A stretch of DNA of 35,321 bases, from the NCBI GenBank assembly GCA_905331295.1, contig CAJNYD010000050.1:124001-159321 (forward strand), in the 5' to 3' direction. Positions 23,544 to 35,321 of the stretch are shown here, in pieces. The translations under genes and the position numbers were made by a program. Positions within the stretch are counted from its first letter, which is position 1; each line of letters begins with the position of its first letter. The DNA is from Rotaria socialis. Taxonomy: Eukaryota. Under the pieces are notes generated by a model that ran no database searches, was not told the DNA's origin, and was given only the letters and a program-made list of their open reading frames with translations.

Positions 23544-26500
23544 ACATCTTCTTTTTCTTTTTCTTTTTTTCTTTTTGTTTCATTGATAAGAACAAAGAAA
23601 GATAAAACAAAGAATTAGTTTTAAGATAAATAAATGAGGCTAGATGATGACAGCTTCATATCATGAAATAACTGATCATTACTCTCAAAGAAAAAGAAAT
23701 GACAATCAGAATGCACACGTTTAACTGATTTATTTATACAATTTATTGATGATCATTCTAAAGAAAATATTCTCATGAGAATATCAATAGATTTTTCTCA
23801 TCATAGATTATTACAATTCAATAAAATAACAATAGCATTCTTTAAAAAACAAAATGTCATTTTGTTCATTTTAGAATAGATTTTTTGTTAATTGTTTGAT
23901 TAAAACAAAGGAAACGAAACAAAGATGAATATTTTATATTGGACAAGATAAATAAATAGTTTATCATATCTACATAATGCTCAAATAAATCTAATCTCAA
24001 TGGAATTTATTTAGGAATCGGAAGGAAGTATTACCTTAACTATTTATCAATATTAGTCTTTATCATTTACATATCAGTTCATCTTACAAGAATATTTACT
24101 TCAATTTTACAAATCCTAATCCAATGCAATACTAATAATTCATTTGCATTTTTTTATATTTAACGATATAAAAGAAAACAAACTTCGATATTTAAAAAAT
24201 ACTAGCTATATCGAATATTCTAGTTTAAATTATTCAAATTCTATACATCGAATAACTGATTCATATATTAATAATATTCTTCTTCTTTTTTTTTATTATA
24301 AAAAAAATCTTATTTAATATTTCTTTAAAAACAAGAAATATTAAATTATAGATTAGTGAACATATATGGGGTTGTAAATGACGGTTACAGTATTTTCTTC
24401 ATAGATATAATTTATATTCTTGAAACTTATTTCGTATGCATACCATTTACATTGATTTATACTTAATGTAAACTTTACGAAATATAAGTTGTCTGTCATA
24501 AATCATATATCATTTCAAGATTTCATTCTTTTTTCCATGTAAACTTCTCGACAGGAATAATCAATCATACAACATATACACTTATAGTTTCTCTCTATAG
24601 AACCAAAATGTTGAATATTTCTTTAATAGATATTTCTTTATATTCATTGAATTCTTTGTCATATTTTCTCTACATTGATATTATGGTAATTGCAACAAAG
24701 AATATATTCGATAGTAACCAATTAGAAAATATAAGATAACATAGAATTCGATTATTAGATAAAAGTAGCAACTTCCTTTATAATTTCGACTTAAAAATCT
24801 TAATTTAAAAAAGGATTCTTTCTCTATTGACTCATTTATTAATCCGACTATATTCGTTCGTACGTAGTCACACGTGTTGTTGTAATTTTCTTCATGCGAA
24901 CCATAGGTGCACTATTCTCTCTATTGCCTATTATTTCTGATTAATGTATCATCATACTGTCTATTGAACTATTTATCATTGTTTTACGCAAGAGAATAGT
25001 TTATTCAAACATAAATTTGTTGAAAACAAAAAGCTATCATAGCTCAATTGATTCTTTACTAGATTTATTATGAATCATAGTTATGATTGAATTTAATTAT
25101 TATATATACATCTTTTTATATATTCACATAGAAAAGATTTCTAATTGATTATTTTTTTTGAAAAAGATTTTGTATTTAAATAATAGATTAATAAAAAAAA
25201 GCAAGTTGTTTTTTATTTTTAAGTATAAATTGGACATTGAATAAAATAATGCATGCTTTTCTGGTCTATAGAAAAATCTATTAGAATTAATAACATGAGA
25301 ATATTTAACGAAGCATCTTTTTTTATATCGTTATGCTTAATAGGTTTTTTGTTTTGTTTAATCATGCTTGTAAATATACAAAACAAATTTTTTGAAGTAT
25401 GTCAAATGTAAATCCAAAACACTTAAGTAGATTTAAAAATCTGATTCGTGTACTGAAAGTGTGCTTTGTTTGATATGCTTATAATGGAGATTGAGAAGAT
25501 CGAAAATCGTCTTAAACTCTATTAGAAAAAGATTAATATCAATAAATTGCTTTTTAACATTCTATAAACGTGTTTTATTGCGCATTACATTTTTGTTTAC
25601 TTCAAATAACTCGAATTATATTTTTGCCTATGTAATTATTTATAAAAGTTGCAATTAAAAATCTACGATTCATATAGATCGCTCGGGGAAAACCTTTCAA
25701 CATTTCTTTGATTATTGTAGGTCTTTCTTTTTTCCATATGATTAGAAATGATATTTTTAAGACTCGCATCGATAATCAAGCGATCTTCTATTCACTTGTA
25801 TTTCTTGAAGTATTTTTTTGAATCGAACAATTTTTTATCACGACAATTTCGTTGTGCATCTCAATAGTATTTGATAGAGTTATCTTGTCATTTAGAAAAA
25901 TCTTTCTAAATTGCAACAATTTTTAGAATTACAAACAAAACAATTATTTATCTTGCCTTTGGAAATATATTTTTCTTTAGTAAATCTCAAAATAAATGTT
26001 AAATACGAACAACATATCAGTTATGTCAAGCGAAATTTGATTTTGTATCTGATTGAATCTACGTGTATTTATAGCAGATGAATGTTTTATTCTTCGTATT
26101 ATTATTTCTTGAATTAATAATTGAACTCTTTATCAATATTATTTACTATAGTTAAACATGTTATAATGCAGTTTAGATATTCTCTTGTTTTAAAACTGAT
26201 AATGTCATTTGTTAATAATTCCACGAGAGAACTAGCGATGAGAATCATACGGTTTGAAGCTTGATTTGTGATTAATTAAATGCGTGCAAAACTTAATTAC
26301 ACACACCCGCAACCATTTGAAAAGCAACAAAAAAAACAGAACGTCTGTTGTATTGTTTGAAGTAGATTTGATTGATAATGAGCTCAAAATTACAAAAAAA
26401 ATTTGAAAATAAATAATTAATATTTTTAAAGATCGATTTTCTTAAATTTTCTTAAACTAAGTAAAAACTTTTCATAAAATTCTACTAATAGTTTCTATTA

Positions 26501-27778
26501 TATTATTTTATTATAATATTTTGTATTTATTTTAAGTATCGTAACGGGTCTTGCTTCTTCGAGTTTTTAATATGTTTAAAAATTGTTCTCGTGTTTTCGA
26601 ATTTACATGAGTTATCTTGTTTGTTTAAAGTTTTACTATTTGAATAACTTATGTGTAATCATATTTCATATCAGATATTAATAATTTTTCTGTTCGATAA
26701 ATATACTCGTGTTTATTTTTAATAGAAAGAGTTCAGATATTGTTTTCTCCTATTTTATTTTGCTATATTTGTTAAAACGAATAATTATCTGATTTGATGA
26801 TGCATTGTTCCCACAAAACTTGTCGCTTTATTATCAATATGTTTTCGTTGATTTAATACTTTTTTCTTTCCTTTTTATTAAAATTATTCTGTTTTAATCA
26901 AGAAACTAAAAATAATATATTTCAAACATTCGTGAATATAACAAAATAGAATTTAAAAAATTAAGATGACATTTTTGAAATAACGAAAACTATATCAGAG
27001 TACATTTTAAGAATCATTATCAATTATAATAAATAATCTATTTTAAATCGATAATGAACTTTCTTTTTGTCATTAGAAACATATTAGTTGATTTTGTTTT
27101 TGCAAAATTGATTATAACAAAATAATCAAGTCAAAGCTGGATCAATCAAAAACAGATTATATAATAAAGATTAAGAAAAATTTAATAAAAAAAAAAAGAA
27201 ATGAGAGAACATCTGTAAATACATTATAATTAGATAATTAGTTTTTGAGCCATCATTTGTCTTCATTTGATGGAATTGACATGTTCTTTTTAAACTAGAA
27301 AATGTCACAATAAAAGGAGCAACTATACCGAATAAAAAAAAGAATTCACTCATCAGTAGAATGTCTTCTAGTTCATCAAAATATTCAATGATTCAATAGC
27401 CTAAAATATATTCTTTCCATTTGAATTGAATAAAATCCTATGATTAAACAATATTTTATTTCTATTGATATTAATTTTCGGTTTGCTTTGAATTTGTTAA
27501 TTATTTCGTTTGAATAAAATAAATCTAGAATTAATAAAGAAAAAAACACAATCATAACTCCATCTTATTCTTAAATATGAAACAATGAATTTTATTTTTA
27601 TTGACAAATAAAAAGTGTTAAAATGATAATATAAAGAATTCTTTATGATAATCAATGAATTCAAAAGAATATAATTAGAAATAATTATCTAGAGATCTTC
27701 TCATATTGATAATAGAAATAAAAAGCAAAAAAATAGCGCAAAGGCTTATAATATTAAATATTGGTCTTTGCGTTTCCA

Positions 27779-28147
27779 TTAAGGACAATAACGTGTCATT
27801 TCAGAAATGGTACATAAACTTTGGCAACAAGCTTCTGTCAGCAATTTTTGTTTGACAAATCGAGAAAATCGCTGCTTACTTGGACTTATTTTATGCTTTT
27901 CTAGAGCTTGGCAAACAATATTAATTATAAACAAAACATGAGTTCCACATGCATGATACGCTCGATGAAGTTCACAATCTTCAACTTTATATAACTTCCC
28001 TTGAACATCAATACTATCACCCTCACTTAATTGTTGTCCATTGTGTTGTACAGTACAATTTGGTTTTGAAGATGCAACATCAAATTTGCTCCAGGCACTT
28101 TGAGTTAATAATGTTAATACAATAAAAATAATTGTATTGATAAACAT
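27779..28147 (-). CDS. Insulin/IGF/relaxin-superfamily peptide precursor with N-terminal extension, intronless CDS
   Basis: Signal peptide of ~20 aa, B chain CGTHVLFIINIVC (CG, C-x11-C) and terminal A chain CCQSLCTISEMTRYC (CC-x3-C-x8-C). All six canonical cysteines have canonical spacing. Confidence 0.92.
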   Translation of the reverse strand: MFINTIIFIVLTLLTQSAWSKFDVASSKPNCTVQHNGQQLSEGDSIDVQGKLYKVEDCELHRAYHACGTHVLFIINIVCQALEKHKISPSKQRFSRFVKQKLLTEACCQSLCTISEMTRYCP

Positions 28148-30639
28148 TCTACTAATTAATCAATTCTTTGAGATCAACTAAATGAAAAAAAAACAAATAA
28201 ATCTATGAGTGTTACTATTTGAAAAATTATGATCAAATAATAAGAGAATAAGGAATTGAAATGTAACGCGGAACTACCTAACATTTATGCCTGTTTAGAA
28301 AAAACTACGTTGCAATTAACTAAATAAGGAACTCACTCATTTTTCTGAAACAACTGAATAAATATTTATCGTTCTTTTTCTTGTGTCTCTAAAATGTTTT
28401 TCATTTTTTTAGAATATCTGATCTATTTTTAGTTGAAAACCTAAATAAAATAATACAAATTTTTAGTAAACGAATAGATCTACTAGACTTCAATAAAAAA
28501 GTTATTTTTCTTGTTTTATAAATAAAGTATCATTCATTGGAAGAAAAATTGTAAAACTTCATAAAATGTCTTAACTCAATGAATCGACAAAAAAATAAAA
28601 GCATTTTATTATACGCTTTGAGAATTCTATTAAGAAAATAAAGTCTCTAATGTATTTGTTTTGTATATACACTTTGAAATAAAAACTTCTTCTAACAGAG
28701 TCGATTTAAAACAAAAGTTTTTTAGAAAATTCAATTTAAGATTCTTCGTATATTTATATCTCTCTAAAAAAGATTAGCCAGGGTTGATGCGCGCTCAATA
28801 AAATGCATCTACCATAACAATCTAAGATTATTTTATCGAGTAATTCTCTATAAGCCTCAAGAAGACTAACGTGTCATTGCGTTTTATTTTTACTGTTTGT
28901 ACTTTTTTTTATCATCACAAGATTAATTAAAATACGTTTGGTTACGTAGTAAAATCTGTTTTTGTTGAATATAATTCATTTCAATTTAAACGAATTATTC
29001 ATTGGAATGTTTATTTTTATATATAATGAATAAATATGTTAATTATCAATGATATAAATATAGAAGTTCTCTACAAAAAGAAACATCATTCAATTCGATA
29101 AAATTATTTTTATATTGATTTACAAATCCAATGTTTTGATAAGAAAACAGTCTTTGTTAATATTTATTAAGGAAGTCATGAGTTTTATAGAATAAAAAAA
29201 AGAAAATGTTCGAATTTTGCTTCACTTCATTTAGAAACGTTGTATTTAATTATATAAAAATCATAGGCTTTTGAAGAGGAAAAACGTTTGTTTTTTTATA
29301 CGTGAATTTTTTTCTATGCTTTATTGTTATGTATACCTAATTACTTATTTTAATTTAGACAGATGCTAAAGTTAAAAATTAAGTTCGCTGTGATATATGA
29401 ACTTTGTTGAATGCGTTATTGTAATGTTATTCTTCTAAATAAAATAAATTATATTCGGTCAGCTTTATAAAAATAAAAATATTTACTGTGATAAGAGAAC
29501 TACACTTTTGGCTACAATACATATTTACATTATCGAAAGGCGTCACTATAAATTTCAATTTAAGTATTTTTTTTTGTTTTTACCAGTAATCTTTATGTAT
29601 ATGAATATGTTTGATTACTCAACACATGTTAATAAAATCTTGTCAGTTTTGTTTTTGTCACATTATTTGTTTTTATTGGAAAAATAAAATTTTGTGAAAT
29701 GAAACAGAAATGAAATCTAATTTCATGTTGTTTTGCACTTTTCTTTTTTTTTTTCTAGATTGTTAAAATAACTATTTATCATCTATTTTTCTTGTCATTT
29801 TTGGTCATCGAAAATTTTGCTGGAGTTAAATAATATCGGCTGTTCGACTGAAGTATTTTTCGGAAATTGACCAGTAAATTTGATATTTTTCGATAAATTA
29901 GAATAGAAAAATAGAATTTAATGAAACAAAACAGATTTGATATTTTAATAAAAATTTTGTCACCAAGATAGATCTAGATTTTTCATGTTTACATTTTGAA
30001 AATGAATGAATTCTATAGTTTTACTTCTAATGGTCATAGTATAGCGAATCCTATTATTCGATAGTAAATATCAAGTTTATGGTTATAACAAACTTGCATA
30101 GATATGTATGCATATCAATAACACAAGAGTAGATACATCTAATAAGTAATATTCATGTGCCATTTGAATTGTATTTTTTTCAATTTACTCTTGACTAATA
30201 GTTGTTGATCAATCATTGCAGCAATACCTGTGTAAACTCTTACGAAGTATTTCAATAAGAAATAAGATCAGTTTTTGATTTTTCGTTAATTTTAAATAGG
30301 AACAAAACTTCTAATCGAACTAATCCGATTTTNGAAAATTAAATGTCGATGAAAATAGTGCTAAAAATAATGGTGTGTTTTGAAGACACTGTATTTTGAA
30401 GACTTTAATTTTAATTGAAAAAGATCAATGTTGATTTTTATTGAACTCAATATTAATGATTTATCGGGATTGGTGAAAGTTGAGCACGAGGAAATACAGA
30501 GAACGTAGTTAATTATGCGATTGAGTGCGTGGGTGCTACTCTCATTTTACTTTGTAGTGACACCCACACTCTGCCATAGGATATAAATAAATTTATTGGG
30601 TCAGTCAATACACTGTATCCGGATGAATTTTGTTTATTC

Positions 30640-30727
30640 GTGCTTAACTTTCCTGTGCTCATTTTATCGGTGCTTATAAATCCAGTGCTTAACTTTCCGT
30701 GCTTATCTTTCTGTGCTCACCTTTCCG
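30640..30727. repeat. Six tandem 14-15 bp units beginning GTGCTYA (probable remnant of a non-autonomous transposon)
   Basis: GTGCTTAACTTTCCT / GTGCTCATTTTATCG / GTGCTTATAAATCCA / GTGCTTAACTTTCC / GTGCTTATCTTTCT / GTGCTCACCTTTCCG. Confidence 0.8.
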
Positions 30728-31848
30728 GTTCCCATTTATCGGATGGTTTCTTATGAGCTTGATTTTGAATGTTTTTGAAGAAAATCATCGATCTGAAAAG
30801 AGGATTTAGCTTATGACAAATATGAATGGAACATTGACAAAGAAAAACAATCTTAAAAAAAAAAAAGAAATTTCCTTTTATTATAATACTTCAAGATTTC
30901 TTTCACATTCCTCTGTAGAAAAAGTTTTTCCTGAAAAAAATAAGATGCATTCTCAGATAAACTGTTCAAATTTGTATCCTTCTTTTTTAAGCTATTTTTT
31001 GAATAAATTCTTTAAACTTCAGTCGAATGTAAAAATATCAAAGATTAAAATGATAAAAATTGGCAATTGATAACAGCAAACATCTTCAATCTCCGTATTA
31101 TTTATTACTCTTATTCTTAGATCTTGCCATTCATACTCATTTTCGTTGTCGACATTTATCGTTTAGATCGCAGTTGAAATTAGTATCGTTTCTATTTGAA
31201 AAACAGTAGAGACCACCAAAATGATGAATTGATCAGCGATTCAGTGATTACCATGACTTAAACTTATATTCTTAATTCGAAAATATTTTGAATAAAATAT
31301 ACATTGATCTACAAGCTAACGTTATTCAAGAATGCAAAAAAGTTAGACGATTTCTAGGTGATTATATCATATCTTCATTTCAAAGTATTATTTTTTATTA
31401 TAAGTATCTATTCTCACACTATTTAGATTTATTTGCATAATTTTGTTACAACCCGAAACTGTTTTCAGTCGAAAATTTAATACCACATAATTATCCTACT
31501 AGTATAAGTTAGTAACACTGGATACTTCAAATAAAGTCGATTAGATTGTTCTTTTTATTCTCATACATTTGGAAATATTGAAAAACTGATGTATTATGAA
31601 AACGTGTCTACATACGAACAAGTTTTAAATTGATTTTCTATCGATTCTGTTTTGTTTTGTTTTGAATTTCTTTGAGTAGATTATGCGACATATTTTATCA
31701 ATTTGAATTTAATCGTTAAAATAAAATAAAGATGATTTATCTCATGTTAAATTTCTCATATTTATTTGTCTATCTCAAATAGCAGTTCGATTTCATTCAT
31801 AAATATATAAATCATTATCGATTTTTGTCAATCACATAAAGATATTAT

Positions 31849-32552
31849 ACAAATAACAGCTGGTTCAATTTTGTTCTTGACGAGTATCTTGTTCAAGCTT
31901 ATTTTAGACAATTATTATCAGCATGATCATATGTCTAAGGAGAAGAAATTATTCATTTTGATATACGTAATGTTAATATTTTTTCAAAAAAGGTTCAGCA
32001 AAACAATCAAAAATTAGGATGGTGTTAATTTTGTTGATGATCTTTAAATTTATGATAAAAAAGAACATTACTATTAGTTGATATGAAAGTTATTGCTAAT
32101 ATACTTAAATTAATTGCTTGTCGTTTATGCCTTTGAAACTATAACGAAGCATGAAAAAACTTGTTAGCGCAGCTCCTTTCTAACTAAAATGTAGAATTTA
32201 CATATCTCTTTAGGCTTCACTATAGAAACCCAACATACACTAAGCGTAAAATCTCTAAAAGACGATCGTTTTTATCCGCTGATGGTCGAATATGAACAAA
32301 CACTCGTTTTTATTTCTACATTTCGAACAGAATGTTTATTTTTTAACGGGTGCTCTATATTACATTTTTATTGTAGCTATTCACTCGTTACTTGGATTGT
32401 TTTGTTCAATCTTTTTTGAACATATATTAACATTATCTAAATCAAAATCAACAATTTCTTCTCCTTAGACATGATAATGCTGATAATAATTGTCTAAAAT
32501 GAGCTTGAACAAGATACTCGTCAAAAACAAAATTGAACTAGCTGTTATTTGT
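31849..32552. mobile_element. Non-autonomous DNA element (~700 bp) with ~100-bp terminal inverted repeats
   Basis: 31849-31950 (ACAAATAACAGCTGGTTCAATTTTGTTCTTGACGAGTATCTTGTTCAAGCT...ATGTCTAAGGAGAAGAAATT) is the reverse complement of 32453-32552 with few mismatches. No internal ORF. Confidence 0.85.
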
Positions 32553-35208
32553 TAGGAGTAATCGTCTTCTCGCACTATAATTTTAAAATTTAACGTGTCA
32601 AGTAGTTGCATGTAATACAAAACAATAAGTTCATGTATTGATCATTGAAGACGAGTCTCTCATATTTTTATTAATCAAAGATAAAGGCTAGTTGAAAATT
32701 TTTATTCATCTTAATAAATGAAAGTAATAAAAACTTTTTTAGCATAATGATTCGTTTACGTAAAATATTCTAGTTTTCAATAAATTATAATAAACATTTT
32801 TTTAAATAAATTAGACATTAGATGAGAAGATTTACAAGGTTTGCGTTAACAAGAGAAAAGCATCATTCATTGAGTTTTTTCTTAAAGAAAAATTTCGCAA
32901 TTATTCATCATTTATCTAACGAATAATTATTTAGGAAAATCTAATATAAGATTTGAAAAAGAAATACTTCTATACACAATCAGATGTGCATAATTATTCA
33001 TTGCAAAAATAAAAAGTCTACGTCATGAAACTCTAGTAAAATTATTCATTTGTTTTTCTTTTTTCGCTCGGATTTCTCTCGAATATTAGTAATAATATTT
33101 CCGTAAGAGAATGAGATTTTCATTGGTTGACAAAAAGATATTATGTGAAAGAAATATTATCAATTGGGATTTTCAGCTTTAAAGAGAAATGGTTTTACGA
33201 ATGCAAATAGATAATGCATAATTTGCCAGTTAACTTTATGTTTTTTCCCCACTTAAATAGTAGTGTCACACATTCAGGAAATCGAAAAAGCAGAATATAA
33301 CGTACTCTGTCAGCGTTAAGCAAAAAAGTGTAAAATGAATATTCAATTATTAATTATTAATTATTAATTATAGATAAAACTTCCAATATTATTTCATAAA
33401 GAGACCACTACATCTTCTAATGAGATAATCAGAAGGTTTTGTTCGAACGTTAAATTCATCTATAGATAATGAATGAACTGTTTTTCGCCTATAGTATTAT
33501 GCCCACCAGTTTCTGGCTTATGATATGAAAACTGTTCACGAGAATGTTCTTCAAAAAAAAGGAAAAGAAATAATAGTTTGTCTTTTCAGATCAAGTATTT
33601 TCTATAGAAGAGATAGATTCTAACGAGACAAAATATGCATATAAAATGATTGTTACCTATCGAAAATTAGGCTCTTAAATGAATTTCGTTGAAAAAATGA
33701 ATTCATTTGTTAATCGATGCTTGCTTTTATGTTGAATATATTTTATTTTATGATTGTTTAAGAAATAATTGATAAAACTAAAAGATAAAATGTATATATA
33801 TATATTTAATTGAATCATAGAAGACAAACTGGATTTATGCATAAATATACAATGGACAATTAATATTGCCGCAAAACTTTGTTTAAAAATCAGAGAAAAT
33901 TGTGTTTTAAACTAATAAGATTATTAAAAAATATATATGTATATGTTAAGTTTTAATAGATTAATTTATTAAATTTAATTCAAGATATCATTCATTTGAT
34001 TGAATCTCGAAAATAATTGTTATTTTTTTATTTTTTCATAACTGCGTATGTAGAACCTACGTGTATAGGATTGAATTATTGTTTTATTGATTAATGCATA
34101 TATTTGTTTATTAAAAGTGAAAAAAGTCTATATTGATAAATAAAAAAGAATTTAATTGAAACGTTTCGCTAACAAATCAAGTTGACATGGAATCGTAGAA
34201 TAAAAGAACGAGATTGACTCATTAATCGATTTCTTATTTAAAAGAAAACGACTGAAATCTAACTTATCGATTATAATAATTTCAATTATAAGTATGACTA
34301 TAGGAAATATTCAAAGATCTTAACAAAATAATTAATCTAGAAAAATAGTTTTCAAGGCTAATTCATTAAGACGAAGAATCTTCTTCGATCTTCTCAGATT
34401 GATAAATATATTGAGTTATCTAGCTATAAGATAATCTTTCTTTATTTTTTCTAATAGTTATATTCAATTTTTTCATACATAACTAGAGGATGAATTAAGC
34501 TCGTTGGAAATTCTGAAAAACTAACTTCATATTCAATATTAATATGCCTAATGAACAATAATCTAAAATAATTTTCAGACAAAACAAAACGATTAATCAA
34601 TTGAAATAGCTTGAGACATTGTAACAGGAGTGAACTAAATTAGTACATAGCATATTTCTATAATAAATCTTTGATTCGATCGTAGTATCCGAAGATAGAA
34701 TAGAATTGTCAACTATACACAATTAATAGATTTCGACAATTTTATTTATTTTAACGAAATCATCAATAGTCAGGTTAATAATGTGTGTTGGTTACTTAAG
34801 TAATATTTATTTACAACTTAAATTTCTTGTTATACAGTTTGCGAAAGAAATAATATCGAAAAATCTGTTTTAAAATAAAAGCCATCAATTTTATTCTCTC
34901 ATATCATTTATTTTGATTCATGATTATGCACAAAATAATCCAAGTGTTACGATTTAACTTTTTTGACGATTTATAAATGATCTTCTATGAAGGCATCAAC
35001 ATTGCCAAATTCATTGTTGATCCTTCCATTTTAAATTATCATTCAAATTGAAGAATCTTAGTTGAATAAAAGAAGATTTACACTTCTCATTACAGTGGAA
35101 AATCTGTTGAAATTTTACTGTCACAAAGCAGAGAAATAGAAGAATTTTATTAGCTAGTAAAATTCTAAGGCATATCATCAGCGTTAAATTAATACTATCT
35201 ATTATGAC

Positions 35209-35321
35209 TAGGGGTGTCGGCTTAGCATGAGTATTACAAAGATGCTAATACTTTTGTATTAATATTAGGGAAATAATTTAATACTTTAGTATTAGGGTTA
35301 AAAAAATAACTTAATACTTAG
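35209..35321. mobile_element. Probable left end of a repeat element running off the window
   Basis: Starts TAGGGGTGTCGG, then repeated near-palindromes TAATACTTT(T/A)GTATTA and TATTAGGG units. Confidence 0.5.

Noticed and set aside
27340..27360. CTGATGAG on the minus strand as a hammerhead ribozyme core
   Set aside because: No stem II followed by GAAA, and no flanking helices found.
30640..30727. CRISPR-like repeat/spacer appearance
   Set aside because: The units are only 14-15 bp, there are no unique spacers of CRISPR length and no cas genes, and the context is eukaryotic.

Overview
This is AT-rich eukaryotic (animal) genomic DNA with many ~50-60 bp GT-AG introns and a 100-N scaffold gap at 11287-11386. 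The composition, the tiny introns, the transposon style and a bacterial-type intronless gene suggest a bdelloid rotifer, but that assignment is inference. Five genes are supported: an intronless class A GPCR (-), a 12-exon GGA clathrin adaptor (-, ~582 aa), an intronless secreted DUF2059-like protein (+, horizontal transfer candidate), a 7-exon Iroquois homeobox gene (+, ~248 aa, start codon possibly split by an intron), and an intronless insulin-like peptide with an unusual N-terminal 2-Cys module (-). The intergenic and intronic DNA holds a dense set of non-autonomous elements. These include two related TA-type MITEs, several foldback elements, a broken DD37D (maT) transposase, and a SINE-like retroposon with a 14-bp target site duplication, a B-box, a CORE-like motif and a (TTC)n tail. 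All splicing models and alignments were made by eye.
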